A stretch of 62,602 nucleotides of DNA, counting the filler, from Chiloscyllium plagiosum (Eukaryota), in NCBI RefSeq assembly GCF_004010195.1. It is 3 parts of one record of this genome, joined end to end, with 100 filler letters (N's around TTAATTAATTAA, not from the genome) between each part and the next. Parts side by side here need not be neighbours in the genome. Positions count along the whole stretch, not along the records: positions 44,085 to 62,602 come from NC_057714.1; 2 more parts are not named here. One strand, written 5' to 3'. The notes under the pieces are model-generated. The model searched no databases. It was not told where the DNA came from and saw nothing but the letters and a program-made list of their open reading frames with translations. The position numbers and the translations under genes were made by a program. Of this stretch, positions 51,497-62,602 are shown in pieces. Within the stretch, counting starts at the first letter, position 1. Each line of letters starts with the position of its first letter.

Positions 51497-52180
51497 GGAG
51501 GCACAGTGGCTCAGTGGTTAGCCCTGCTGGCCTCACAGCGCCAGGGACCTGGGTTCAATTCCCACCTCGGGCAACTGTCTGTGTGGAGTTTGCACATTCT
51601 CCCAGTGTCTGCGTGGGTTTCCTCCGGGTGCTCCGGTTTCCTCCCACAGTCCAAAGTTGTGCAAGTTAGGTGAATTGGCCATGCTAAATTGCCCGTAGTG
51701 TTAGGTGCATTAGTCAGGGGTAAATGTGGAAGAGTGAGTCTGGGTGGGTTGCTGTTCGGGGGCTTAGTGTGGACTTGTTGGGCCGAAGGGCCTGTTTCCA
51801 CAATGTAGGGAATCTAATCAAAATATATAATTTCAGTTGCGTCACACTGTAAACGTTAGGGGTGACGCGGTGGCACAGTGGTTAGCACCGCTGCCTCACA
51901 GGACCAGGGACATGGGTTCGATTCCCACCTCGGGCAACTGTCTGTTTGGGGTTTACACATTCTCCCCGTGTCTGCGTGGGTTTCCTCCGGGTGCTCCGGT
52001 TTCCTCCCACAGTCCAAAGATGTGCCGGTCAGGTGAACTGTCCATGCTAAATTGCCCCTAGTGTTAGGTACATTAATCAGGGGTAAATGTAGGGGAATAG
52101 GTCTGGGTGGGTTGCTCTTTGGAGGGTCGGTGTGGACTTGCTGGGTCGAAGTGTCTGTTTCCACACAGTAGGAAATCTAA
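51497..52180 (+). mobile_element. Two tandem full-length HE1 V-SINEs (~51497-51818 and ~51862-52180)
   Basis: Each has A/B boxes, a V domain and a CR1-like tail. Confidence 0.92.
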
Positions 52181-52599
52181 GCTAAGAAAACCAAGCAAGA
52201 ATAAACGGGAATATAAAGGGTGATGTGGCAGCATTTCTTTGAACTGCTGATGATTGCAATAAATTGTTAATTTGTTTTATGACTAAAGAAAAGGACAGAT
52301 CACTATCATTGCTCCTCAGTTTATTTGCAATCTCGTCTTTTTTTTCAATAAAGTTGCTGAAATATGTCCTGAGTGATTTGTTAACCGTTAGTATTTTCAC
52401 AAGGTTTTGTAGATCCCATTCATACCCTCGAGTCTGCCACTCAGTAAGATCAGAGCCAATTCGATTCAATTCCAATTTCCCACCTATCCACAATAAATAC
52501 CCATGTCCCAGTCCTCATGAATTTGTACCCAACCAATATTGCTGGCAGGTATTTCGAACAATCAAATAGGCTTTTACACCCCAAGCTGGCCATGACTTC

Positions 52600-52700
52600 T
52601 CAAGTCGGGGTCCGGTGTGGCTCGGGCGGGAACGGCCTCGTTGCCCTGGCGACAGTGTTGGAGGGGAGCCTGGTCCACACCCGCAGGGGGCCCACCTGAG
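52600..52700 (+). promoter_or_regulatory. Small CpG-rich element with GC box, RFX X-box-like and CTCF-like motifs
   Basis: gggcggg at 52624-52630; gttgccctggcgac at 52640-52653; cccgcagggggccc at ~52680-52693. Confidence 0.35.
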
Positions 52701-53185
52701 AAAAAATGGTGGCACGGTGGCTCAGTGGTTAGCACTCTCTCTCTCTCTAAAAAGGAATATCTTTATGGCACTGACAGCGAGATCTGGAGAGAGTGTTCAG
52801 GACCTAAAAGCAGAGGAGATAAGAGGACGTGGAGCTTGGCAAGTTTCAGACCTGCAGGAGACACCTCCACACAGACAGTGGATAAAGAGAGGTTACAGGC
52901 TCAGGATCTTCATTCACTTTCCAGAAACAGGGAGAGCTGGGCACTTTAACGTGAGGTCACTCGCCAGCGACACTGAACGCAACCAAACTCCAAAAGTGGC
53001 AACATACTAAAAACTGTAAGAGCATTCATCTGTGTAACTTCATGGTAAGTTTATATTAATTCCAAGGGTAAATAATCAGACTTTAGAGCCACAGGATGGC
53101 AGGTCAGCTGAGCCAAGTAGAATGTATATCCAGTAGAAAATCATTGACATATAATGTGTCCCAGGCAAACACGTCTGCAGAAACA

Positions 53186-54644
53186 GATCACTGAGACCAG
53201 GAGCAGGATCACTGAGATCAGGAATAAGATTATTGAGATCAGGAGCAGGATCACTGAGATCAGGAACAGTATCATTGAGATCAGGAGTAGGATCACTGAG
53301 ATCAGGAATAAGATTATTGAGATCAGGAGCAGGATCACTGAGATCAGGAACAGTATCACTGAGATCAGGAGTAGGATCACTGAGATCAGGAATAAGATTA
53401 TTGAGATCAGGAGCAGGATCACTGAGGTCAGGGACAGGATCACTTAGACCAGGAGCAGGATCACTGAGATTAGGAGCAGGATCACTTAGATCAGGAGCAG
53501 GATCACTGAGATCAGGGACAGGATCACTGAGATCAGGAGTAGGATCACTGAGATCAGGAATAAGATTATTGAGATCAGGAGCAGGATCACTGAGATCAGG
53601 GACAGGATCACTGAGATCAGGAGCAGGATCACTGAGATCAGGAATAGGATCACTTAGACCAGGAGCAGGATCACTGAGATCAGGAGCAGGATCACTTAGA
53701 TCAGGAGCAGGATTACTGAGATCAGGAGCAGGATCACTTAGACCAGGAGCAGGATCACTGAGATCAGGAGCAGGATCACTGAGATCAGAAATAGGATCAC
53801 TGAGATCAGGAGCAGGATCACTGAGATCAGGAGCAGGATCACTGAGATCAGAAATAGGATCACTTAGACCAGGAGCAGGATCACTGAGATCAGGAGCAAG
53901 ATCACTGTGATCAGGAGCAGGATCACCGAGATCAGGAGCAGTATCACTGAGATCAGAAATAGGATCACTTAGACCAGGAGCAGGATCACTGAGATCAGGA
54001 GCAGGATCACTGAGATCAGGAGCAGGATCACTGAGATCAGAAATAGGATCACTTAGACCAGGAGCAGGATCACTGAGATCAGGAGCCGGATCACCGAGAT
54101 CAGGAGCAGGATCACTGTGATCAGGAGCTGGATCACCGAGATCAGGAGCAGGATCACTGAGATCAGGAGCAGGATCACCGAGATCAGGAGCAGGATCACT
54201 GAGATCAGGAGCAGGATCACTGAGATCAGGACCCGGATCACTGAGACCAGGAGCAGGATCACTGAGATCAGGAGCAGGATCACTGAGATCAGAAATAGGA
54301 TCACTTAGACCAGGAGCAGGATCACTGAGATCAGGAGCAGGATCACTGAGATCAGGAGCCGGATCACTGAGATCAGGAGCTGGATCACTGAGATCAGGAG
54401 CAGGATCACTGAGATCAGGAGGTGGATCACCGAGATCAGGAGCAGGATCACCGAGATCAGGAGCTGGATCACCGAGATCAGGAGCAGGATCACTGAGATC
54501 AGGAGCAGGATCACTGTGATCAGGACCCGGATCACCGAGATCAGGAGCAGGATCACTGAGATCAGGAGCTGGATCACCGAGATCAGGAGCAGGATCACTG
54601 AGATCAGGAGCAGTATCACTGAGATCAGGACCCGGATCACTGAG
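53186..54644 (+). repeat. 21-bp minisatellite array 1 (GATCAGGAGCAGGATCACTGA, ~69 units)
   Basis: Direct reading; unit length constant, as shown by the uninterrupted minus-strand frame. Confidence 0.97.
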
Positions 54645-55030
54645 TTTCAGAAACAGGCTGACAATGAATCTGCTCAGGAAATCCAGTCCAGACTCGCCCC
54701 CTGTAAACGTTAGTGAAATAGAGTCCGCAGACCAGGAAATCGCTGAATATATCGCTGAAGGTTCTGGATTAGTGGTGCTGGAAGAGCACAGCAGTTCAGG
54801 CAGCATCCAAGGAGCTTCGAAATCTTTTATATCCCTGAAGGTGGCTGGACTGAAATCTCCGGGATTGAATTGGAATAAGTTTATTCTTGGCTGGGACTTC
54901 CTTTTGTTAATCTGACAGCCTGTATGGCTTATTCCCGAAACGTCGACTCTCCTCCTCCTCGGATGCTGCCTGACCTGCTGGGCCATTCCAGCACCACACT
55001 CTTGACACTTTAATATGTATGTGGATATGT

Positions 55031-56494
55031 CCCTGATCTCAGTGATTCTGTTCCTGTACTGAGTGATCCTGTCCCTGATCTCACTAAGGTCCTGTATTCC
55101 TGATGAAGTGCTTTTTGCCCGAAACGTCGGATTTTCCTACTCCTCGGATGCTACCTGAACTGCTGTGCTTTTCCAGCACCACTCTACTCCAGAACCTGAT
55201 CTCACTAAACCTGTTCCTGACCTCGGTGATCCTGTTCTTGATCTCAGTGATCCTGCTCCGGAAACTCGGTAATCCATTCCTGATCTCGGTGATCCTGCTC
55301 CAGAAACTCGGTGATCCTGTTCCTGATCTCAGTGATCCTGCTCCAGAAACTCGATAATCCTGTTCCTGATCTCGGTGATCCTGCTCCAGAAACTCGGTGA
55401 TCCTGTTCCTGATCTCTGTGATCCTGTTCCTGATCTCAGTGATCCTGCTCCAGAAACTCGGTAATCCTATTCCTGATCTCGGTAATCCTGTTCCTGATCT
55501 CTGTGATCCTGTTCCTGATCTCAGTGATCCTGCTCCAGATACTCGGTAATCCTATTCCTGATCTCGGTAATCCTGTTCCTGATCTCGGTGATCCATTCCT
55601 GATCTTGGTGATCCTACTCCAGAAACTCGGTAATCCTATTCCTGATCTCGGTGATCCTGTTCCTGATCTCGATAATCCATTCCTGATCTCAGTGATCCTG
55701 CTCCAGAAACTCGGTAATCCATTCCTGATCTCGGTGATCCTGCTCCAGAAACTCGGTGATCCTGTTCCTGATCTCGGTAATCCTGCTCCAGAAACTCGGT
55801 AATCCATTCCTGATCTCGGTGATCCTATTGCTGATCTCAGTGATCCTGCTCCAGAAACTCGGTAATCCTGTTCCAGATCTCGGTGATCCTGTTCCTGATC
55901 TTGGTGATCCTGCTCCGGAAACTCAGTAATCCTGTTCCTGATCTCGGTGATCCTATTCCTGATCGCGGTGATCCTGTTCCTGATCTCGGTAATCCTGTTC
56001 CTGGTCTCGGTGATCCTGCTCCAGAAACTCGGTGATCCTGTTCCTGATCTCAGTAATCCTGTTCCTGATCTCAGTGATCCTGCTCCAGAAACTCGGTAAT
56101 CCTGTTCCTGATCTCGGTGATCCTGTTCCTGATCTTGGTGATCCTGCTCCGGAAACTCAGTAATCCTGTTCCTGATCTCGGTGATCCTATTCCTGATCTC
56201 GGTGATCCTGTTCCTGATCTCGGTAATCCTGTTCCTGGTCTCGGTGATCCTGCTCCAGAAACTCGGTGATCCTGTTCCTGATCTCGGTGATCCTGTTCCT
56301 GATCTCGGTGATCCTGCTCCAGAAACTCAGTGATCCTGTTCCTGATCTCGGTGATCCTGTTCCTGATCTCGGTGATCCTGTTCCTGATCTCAGTGATCCT
56401 GCTCCAGAAACTCGGTGATCCTATTCCTGATCTCGGTGATCCTATTCCTGATCTCGGTGATCCTGTTCCTGATCTCGGTGATCCTGTTCCTGAT
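55031..56494 (-). repeat. Minisatellite array 2, same family, inverted orientation, with 20/21/22-bp units
   Basis: tcctgatctcggtgatcctgt units and tcctgctccagaaactcggtga variants; 234-bp higher-order duplication (ccggaaactcag at ~55915 and ~56149). Confidence 0.97.
55088..55194 (+). mobile_element. Penelope family A tail with hammerhead motif, inserted in array 2
   Basis: TSD cctgatctcactaa at 55074-55087 and 55195-55208; ctgatga...gcccgaaacgtc. Confidence 0.85.
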
Positions 56495-57478
56495 GTATGT
56501 GTTTCTGCCCTTGTTCCTCAATCAGTAACTCACCGTTCCAGCCCTCAGAGTAAAATACTTTTCTCTAATGTGAATGCTGCTTTATTTCTTTCCACATTTC
56601 AAGTGATATAACCAGCTTGTTTCGTATTTCATCCATGATAAGTGGTCACTGCTGAGAAATTCCTAACTCACCCCGAGAAAAGCATCACCTCATTTATCAG
56701 TTCATCCTGTCCACTGAGTCTGTCATAGCCAAAATCTCGGCTCCTGAAATTTTTTTATTATTTCAGGAGATGTGGGTGTCTCTGGTTGGGCAAGCATCCA
56801 CTGTCCATTCCTAATCGTCCTGGAGAAGGCGGTGGTGAGCTGCCTTCATGAATCATTGCTGTCTTCGTGGTATCAGTCCGGTTTGGTGGAAATGACTAGG
56901 TTTACAGGGAAATGGGCCAGATGCTAGCAAATGGGACTCGGTCAGATTTGGACCTCTGGTTTGGGCAACTGAGTTGGGCCGAAGGGTCTGTTTCTGCGCT
57001 CTATAACTCTGTGGCCCTCTGACGAATGTTTTGATCCAGTGTAGATGAAAAATTAGTTATATATTCTCAAGGATGAACTTGAAGAAGGCCATTCAGCCCA
57101 TCAAGCCTACACTTGCTCTCTGACAGTAGTTAGTCCCATTCACCCACACTTTTCCCAACTGCTTACAACACTTATCCCCTTCAAGTGCTTTTCCCTCTTG
57201 ATGGCTACAATTGATTGTACTGCCAACCCAACAATTCCAAATCTAAAGATTCAATGCACTTCCTTTTCCTCAATTCACTTCAGATACCTTGGTTAATTCA
57301 CTTAACTCTTTGGTTGTCTATTCCTATTGGAACGTCTTTTCCTTTTTGTGATGCCTGTCATTCTGATTGGTGCAGAGCGTGGCTTTCGAAGGCGCTATTA
57401 AAATGCAGGGCAACTCTTCTGTTGGCTCAGGCTGTCCTCCGCTAATTACAATTCTCCACAACTTTAGAAACTTACATT

Positions 57479-57587
57479 CATTAGCATTTGGATCCATTTA
57501 GAACCTTCGATCTATTAGCATTTAGATTCATTCGGAATCTATGAACCATTTGCATTTAGAATCATTTGGAACCTTAGATCCATTAGC
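57479..57587. repeat. 34-bp degenerate tandem repeat, about 3 copies
   Basis: cattagcatttggatccatttagaaccttcgatc and variants. Confidence 0.7.
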
Positions 57588-57616
57588 TTGTTCGCCTTGG
57601 GGTTAAATATTACAGT

Positions 57617-57728
57617 AGGTAAAAACAGTGACTGCAGATGCTGGAAACCAGATTCTGGATTAGTGGTGCTGGACGAGGGTCGGATGCTGCCTGAACTGCT
57701 GTGCTCTTCCAGCACCACTAATCCAGAA
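57617..57728. mobile_element. Penelope family A fold-back insertion with 14-bp TSD
   Basis: ttaaatattacagt at 57603-57616 and 57729-57742; ttctggattagtggtgctgga / tccagcaccactaatccagaa inverted pair. Confidence 0.85.
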
Positions 57729-59299
57729 TTAAATATTACAGTCTTTCTGATTTCTTTCCTGCTTTATGAACGCGCATCAATAGACCAGGCCTTGTCATAG
57801 CCACCCTCTCTGATTCTAGAATATTGGTACAGAGAGGAAAACGACCCCAGCTGCAATCTAATCTCTTGTTTGGAACGTCCTCCCACAACGGCCTGTGGAA
57901 ACGCAGTCACTGAGGAGGCTTAAGATAGAGATTCTGATTGCCAGTGCTGTACAGGGTCCTGGCAATGGAGTGGGTAAAGCACATTTGATCAGTGATGATT
58001 GTACTGAATGACACGATCGGCCCAATCGAATGAATAGCCTTCTCCAGCCTCCTTTTTAAAATTCAGTCACAGGATGCAGCTGTTGTTGACTGGGCAAGCA
58101 TTTATTGCCATCCTTAATTGCTCAAGAGGACAGTTAAAGAATTAATCACAGTGAATTTGGAATCACATGTAGGACAGGCCAGGGAAAGATGGCAAATTTC
58201 CTTCCCCAAAGGACATCAACAAAGAACAAAGAACAGTACAGAACAGGAATAAGTCCTTTGGCCGACTCATGAAGCCTTTCTGAACTAAAACTTTGGTGTC
58301 TCTCTCTGCTTTGTATCCCTCCATTCCCTGTCATCTATCCATTAAGATGCCTCTTAAACATTGTTATTGTATCCACCTCCATCACCTCCTCTGGCAGCAC
58401 ATTGCAGGCACTTACCACCCTCTGTGTAAAAAACTCACCTCTCACATCTCCTTTAAACTTACCCCCTTTTACCTTAATCCTACGTCTCCTGGTAACTCAC
58501 ATTCCTACCCTGGGAAAAAGACTCCAAATATCCATCCTTCACATAATTTTATAAACTTCCCTCAGCCTCTGACATTCACGTGAACCAGATGGATGAGAAC
58601 TCGTGCGGGTACAATGGGCCAAATGGCCTTCTTTCACACCATAACAACTCTGCAGTCCTGTGATGCTTTGACCACATTATTTGGAGGTTTTGACGCACAC
58701 TGTCCTTTCCCATTCTTCTCTTTTCATTACCACTTCCATTGAAGATGCTCAACTGGCTATTATCCTCACCGAGTCTTTTACAATTGATAGTGCTTCTTTT
58801 ACAGAAAAACATTGGTTCCTGGCTAGCAATTGTGTACATGAGACGTTGGGAATCAACTTAAATGTGATGAACATCTTCTAAGTTCATAGTCCCTTTCAAG
58901 TGACCTCGTACTTAAGTACTACACTCTGTTTTGTGTGTGTTAATAAAACCCCTAACGGCACAATGTCTTATAATTAACAGCCACATTCTGTATTCATTAA
59001 ATGATTCCAACACTGAGAAAAAGCAACATTTGAGACACAATGCTTTATTCCTTCTTGTTTTGTGACACCTGCTCTTCCTCAAGAACTGCTATTCTGCTGA
59101 TCAGCAGCAGTATCTTATCAAGTATCCTTTTCCACTGCTGTATTGTCAAACACTTACATTTCGATATTATCATTCACAACATTGGCAGTAACACCACACA
59201 CAGTCTAGCTGCAGTCTGACTTCTGCATTTTTCAGGAGCATATCGTCAGATAGGTTTATATGTTATTTGGCTTACAGAAATGGATTGTTTTGTTTTTAT

Positions 59300-60400
59300 A
59301 TTCATAGAGTCATAGAGATGTGCAGCATGGAAACAGATCCTTAGGTCCAACTCGCCCATGCTATCTAATAATCTTAAATTAATCCAGTCCTATTTGCCAA
59401 CATTTGCCCCATATCCCTCCAATCCCTTCCTATTCAGATGCCTTTTAAATGCTGTCATTGTACCAGCATCCACCACTTCCTCTGGCAGCTCATTCCATAC
59501 ACATACCACATTCTAAATGAAAACGTTGCCCCTTCGGTCCCTTTTAAATCTTTCTCCTCTCACCTTAAACACAAGCCCTTGAATTTTAGACTGCCCTACA
59601 CTGGGAAAAAAGACCTCGCCTATTTATCTTATCCGTGCCCCTCATGATCTTATAAACCTCTATAAGGTCACTCCTCAGCCTCCGACGCTCCAGGGAAAAC
59701 AGCCCCAGCCTGTTCAGCCTCTCCCTGTAGCTCAAACCCTCCAACCCTGGCAACATTCTTGTAAATCTTTTCTGAACTCTTTCAAGTTTCGCAACATCCT
59801 TCCGATAGGAAGGAGACCAGAATTGCACGCAATATTCCAAAAGCGGCCTAATGAATGTCCTGTACAACCACAACATGACCTCCCAACTCCTATACTCAAT
59901 GCACTGACCAATAAAGGAAAGCATACCAAACGCCGCCTTCACTCACTATCCTATATACCTGCGACTCCACTTTCAACCTTCAACTCAACTTTCAAGGAGC
60001 TATGAACCTGCACTCCAAGGTCTCTTTGTACAGCAACACTCCCCAGGACCTTACCATTAAGTGTATAAGTCCTGCCCTGATTTGCCTTTCCAAAATGAAG
60101 CACCTCACATTTATCTGAATTAAACTCCATCTGCCACTCCTCAGCCCATTGGCCCATCTGGTCAAGATTCTGTTGTAATCTGAGGTAACCCCTCTTCGCT
60201 GTCTACTACACGTCCAATTTTGGTGTCATCTGCAAACTTACTAACTGTAGCTCTTATGCTCACATCCAAATCATTTATGTAAATGACAAAAAGTAGAGGG
60301 CCCAGCCCCGATCCTTGTGACACTCCACTGGTCACAGGCCTCCAGTCTGAAAAGCCATCCTCCACCAACACCTTCTGTCTTCTACCTTCAAGCCAGTTCT
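59300..60400 (-). mobile_element. CR1 LINE RT/3' fragment
   Basis: SGVSQGSGLGPLLF, KFADDTK and LEYCVQFWSP. Confidence 0.93.
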
Positions 60401-62045
60401 GTGAAACTTTGCAAAGGGACATGATACTTTAAGTGAGTGGGCAAAAGTCTGGCAGATGGGACACAATGTAATAAATGTGAAGTCACCCATTTTGATAGGA
60501 GGAATAGTAAAAAGGATTATTACTTGAATGGTAAAAAGTTGCAGCATGCTGGGATGCAGAGGGACCTGGGTGTCCTTGTGCATGAATCACAGAGCGTTGG
60601 TCTACAGGTTCTACAAGTAATTAGGAAGGCAAATGGAATTTCATCCTTCATTGCTAAAGGGATTGAGTTTAAAAGCAAGGAGGTTATGTTGCGGCCGTAT
60701 AGGGTACTGGTGAGGCCACACCTGGAGTACTGCATGCAGTTTTGGCCTCGTTACTTGAGAAAGGATGTCCTGGCACTGGAGGGGGTATAGAGGGGGTTCA
60801 CAAGGTTGATTCCAGAGTTGAGGGGGTTGGATTATGTGGAGAGACTGAGTAGACTGGGATTATATTCATTGGAATGTAGAAGAATGAGGGGGGATCTTAA
60901 TGAAACATATATAATTAGGAAGGAAATAGATAAGATAGAAGTTTAGATGAAGTTTCCACTGGACAAGGGGGCATAGCCTTAAAATTAGGGGGAGCAGATT
61001 TAGGACTGAATTGAGAAGGAACTTCTTCACCCAGAGGGTTGTAAAGCAATGGATTTCCCTGCCCAGTGAAATGGTTAAGGCTTCCTCAGTAAATGCCTTT
61101 AAAGCTAGACAGATTAGTTTGAGCAATAAAGGAATTAAGGGATATGGTGTGAGTGCGGGTAAGTGGAGCTGAGGCCACAAAGAGATCTTGTTGAAAGGCA
61201 GAGGAAGCTCAGAGGGCCAGATGGCCTCCTCCTGCTTCTAGTTCTTATGTTCTGCATTCAAGTGGCTAGTTCTCCCTGTATTCCATGTGACCTGACCTTG
61301 CTAACCAGTCTGCCATGAGGAAACTTCAACTTTGGCTTTATTCTGTAAATAATCTTGGTCTCCATATCGAAGGAAAGGTACACAGGCATTGGGGCAGTAC
61401 AGAGAAGGTTCACTAGGCTGGTACACAGTCACAGGCAAAAGTCAGGCCTGCAGATGCTGGAGATCAGACTCTAGATTAGAGTGGTGCTGGAAAAGCACAG
61501 CAGGTCAGGCAGCATCCGAGGAGCAGGAAAATCGACGTTTCGGGCAAAAGCCCTTCATCAGGAATAGAGGCAGGGAGCCTCCAGAGTGGAGAGATAAAAT
61601 CTCAGACTGTCTTATGAGCAGAGGTTGGGCCTGTACACATTGGAGCTTAAAAAAATAAGAGGAGACCTTATTGAAGCATATAGGATCCTGAGGGGACTTG
61701 ACAGAGTATATATGGAAAGGTGGTTTCCCTTTGTGGGACTATCCAGGACCAGTGAGCTTATTCTCAGAATAAAGGGTCACCCATTTAGGACAGAGGTGAG
61801 GAGGGATTTCTTTTGTCAGAGTGCAGTGAATCTGTGGAATTCTTTACCACAGAGGGCTATCAAGGCTGGGGCATTAAGTCTATTCAAGGCTGAGACAGAC
61901 AGATTTGTAAACAGTAAGGGTGATGGGGAAAAGGCAAGAAGGTGGAGTTGAGGATGATAAGATCAACCATGACCTCATTGAGTGGCAGTGTGGACTCGAT
62001 GGGCTGAACGGTCTACATCTACTCCTATGTCTAATGGTTTTGTGG
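60400..62045 (+). mobile_element. Two CR1 3' fragments (~60400-61250 and ~61340-62045)
   Basis: LVRPHLEYCMQFW; RGDLIEAYRIL..VNLWNSLP. Confidence 0.9.
61432..61600 (-). mobile_element. Penelope family A 3' end with intact hammerhead core (~61531-61565)
   Basis: Minus strand reads attc-CTGATGA-a-gggc tttt gccc-GAAA-C-GTC-gatt. Confidence 0.82.
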
Positions 62046-62129
62046 TCTCATGTAACAATATTCCTTTCACAATCATACCTTTTCTGTAATGCATCCATTC
62101 AGGTTCTTTCCTGATTGCATGTTTTTGGA

Positions 62130-62602
62130 GATATGTCTCTTGATTAAATTTAAAATATAAGCCATAGCTATTAATTTAACCTGGGGCAGTGTTTGTAGAG
62201 GAATAAGACGGTGTTATTTTCTGGGTCTGTAGATTGTGAAGGAGCAAAAATGGCCTTTAGTACAGTGATATGCGCTTTTTGTCAGATGTGGGAGTTAAAG
62301 AGAGTTTAAGCGTTACTGTGGATTATATCTGCCATAAATGCTGTTGGTTGCGAATCTTATCAGATCAAATGGATCAGTTGGAGAGACAGTTAGAAGTGAT
62401 GAGGAATTTGCAACAGCAACAGTATGTGATGGATGGCAGTTATAGGAAGGGGGGAAAGTCTCAGGTACAGTCACATAGATGGGTTAACTCCAGGAAGGGT
62501 AAGAGAGGTCGGCACCGAGGGCAGGAGCCTTTTGTGGATATACCCATTTCAAACAGGTATGCTGTTTTGGAAAATGTAGGGGGTGATGGATTCTCAGGGG
62601 AA
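62130..62602 (+). mobile_element. CR1 LINE 5' region: ORF1 N-terminus (zinc finger/leucine zipper), frameshifted, runs off the window
   Basis: ATG at 62250: MAFSTVICAFCQMWE / DYICHKCCWLRILSDQMDQLERQL...IPISNRYAVLE. Confidence 0.85.

Noticed and set aside
53076..54986. 636-aa minus-strand ORF (DLSDPAP)n as a real gene
   Set aside because: Its start lies inside a Penelope tail fragment. All unit codons (GAT CTC AGT GAT CCT GCT CCT) are at least two substitutions from a stop, so a long open frame is expected without selection.
53186..56494. Arrays as CRISPR
   Set aside because: No unique spacers, no cas genes, and a vertebrate context.
56670..56742. Minus-strand exon (SRDFGYDRLSGQDELINEVMLFSG) with GTGAGT donor
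   Set aside because: The acceptor has no pyrimidine tract and lies at a SINE edge; there is no recognisable protein or partner exon.
59300..61250. Twin-primed inverted LINE
   Set aside because: The two halves cover overlapping ORF2 regions and have different 3' tails, so they are independent CR1 subfamily copies.

Overview
Eukaryotic, repeat-dominated DNA, most likely from a cartilaginous fish (shark). The taxon is inferred from HE1-type V-SINEs that share their 3' tail with CR1/HER1 LINEs, plus Deu-domain and Meta-like SINEs. No intact host protein-coding gene is recognisable; nearly all ORFs in the track are broken retroelement fragments or repeat artefacts. The window holds more than 20 CR1-clade LINE fragments (endonuclease/RT and ORF1 zinc-finger/esterase pieces), a Rex1/Babar-like fragment, Tx1/L1 3' ends, split LTR halves and a Tc1/pogo-like MITE. 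It also has about 20 HE1 SINEs, a Penelope GIY-YIG fragment and many short Penelope-derived insertions. The most notable signals are: (1) minimal hammerhead-ribozyme motifs in several families of TSD-flanked, fold-back Penelope mini-elements; (2) two ~1.46-kb arrays of one 21-bp minisatellite in inverted orientation, with heptad coding potential and a promoter/exon-like segment just upstream; (3) a locally templated 60-bp insertion inside a LINE; (4) Tx1 tails twice associated with the same LTR half; and (5) repeat-free AT-rich islands that may be conserved enhancers. Two gaps contain an artificial TTAATTAATTAA linker. Repeat boundaries are read by eye and are approximate.
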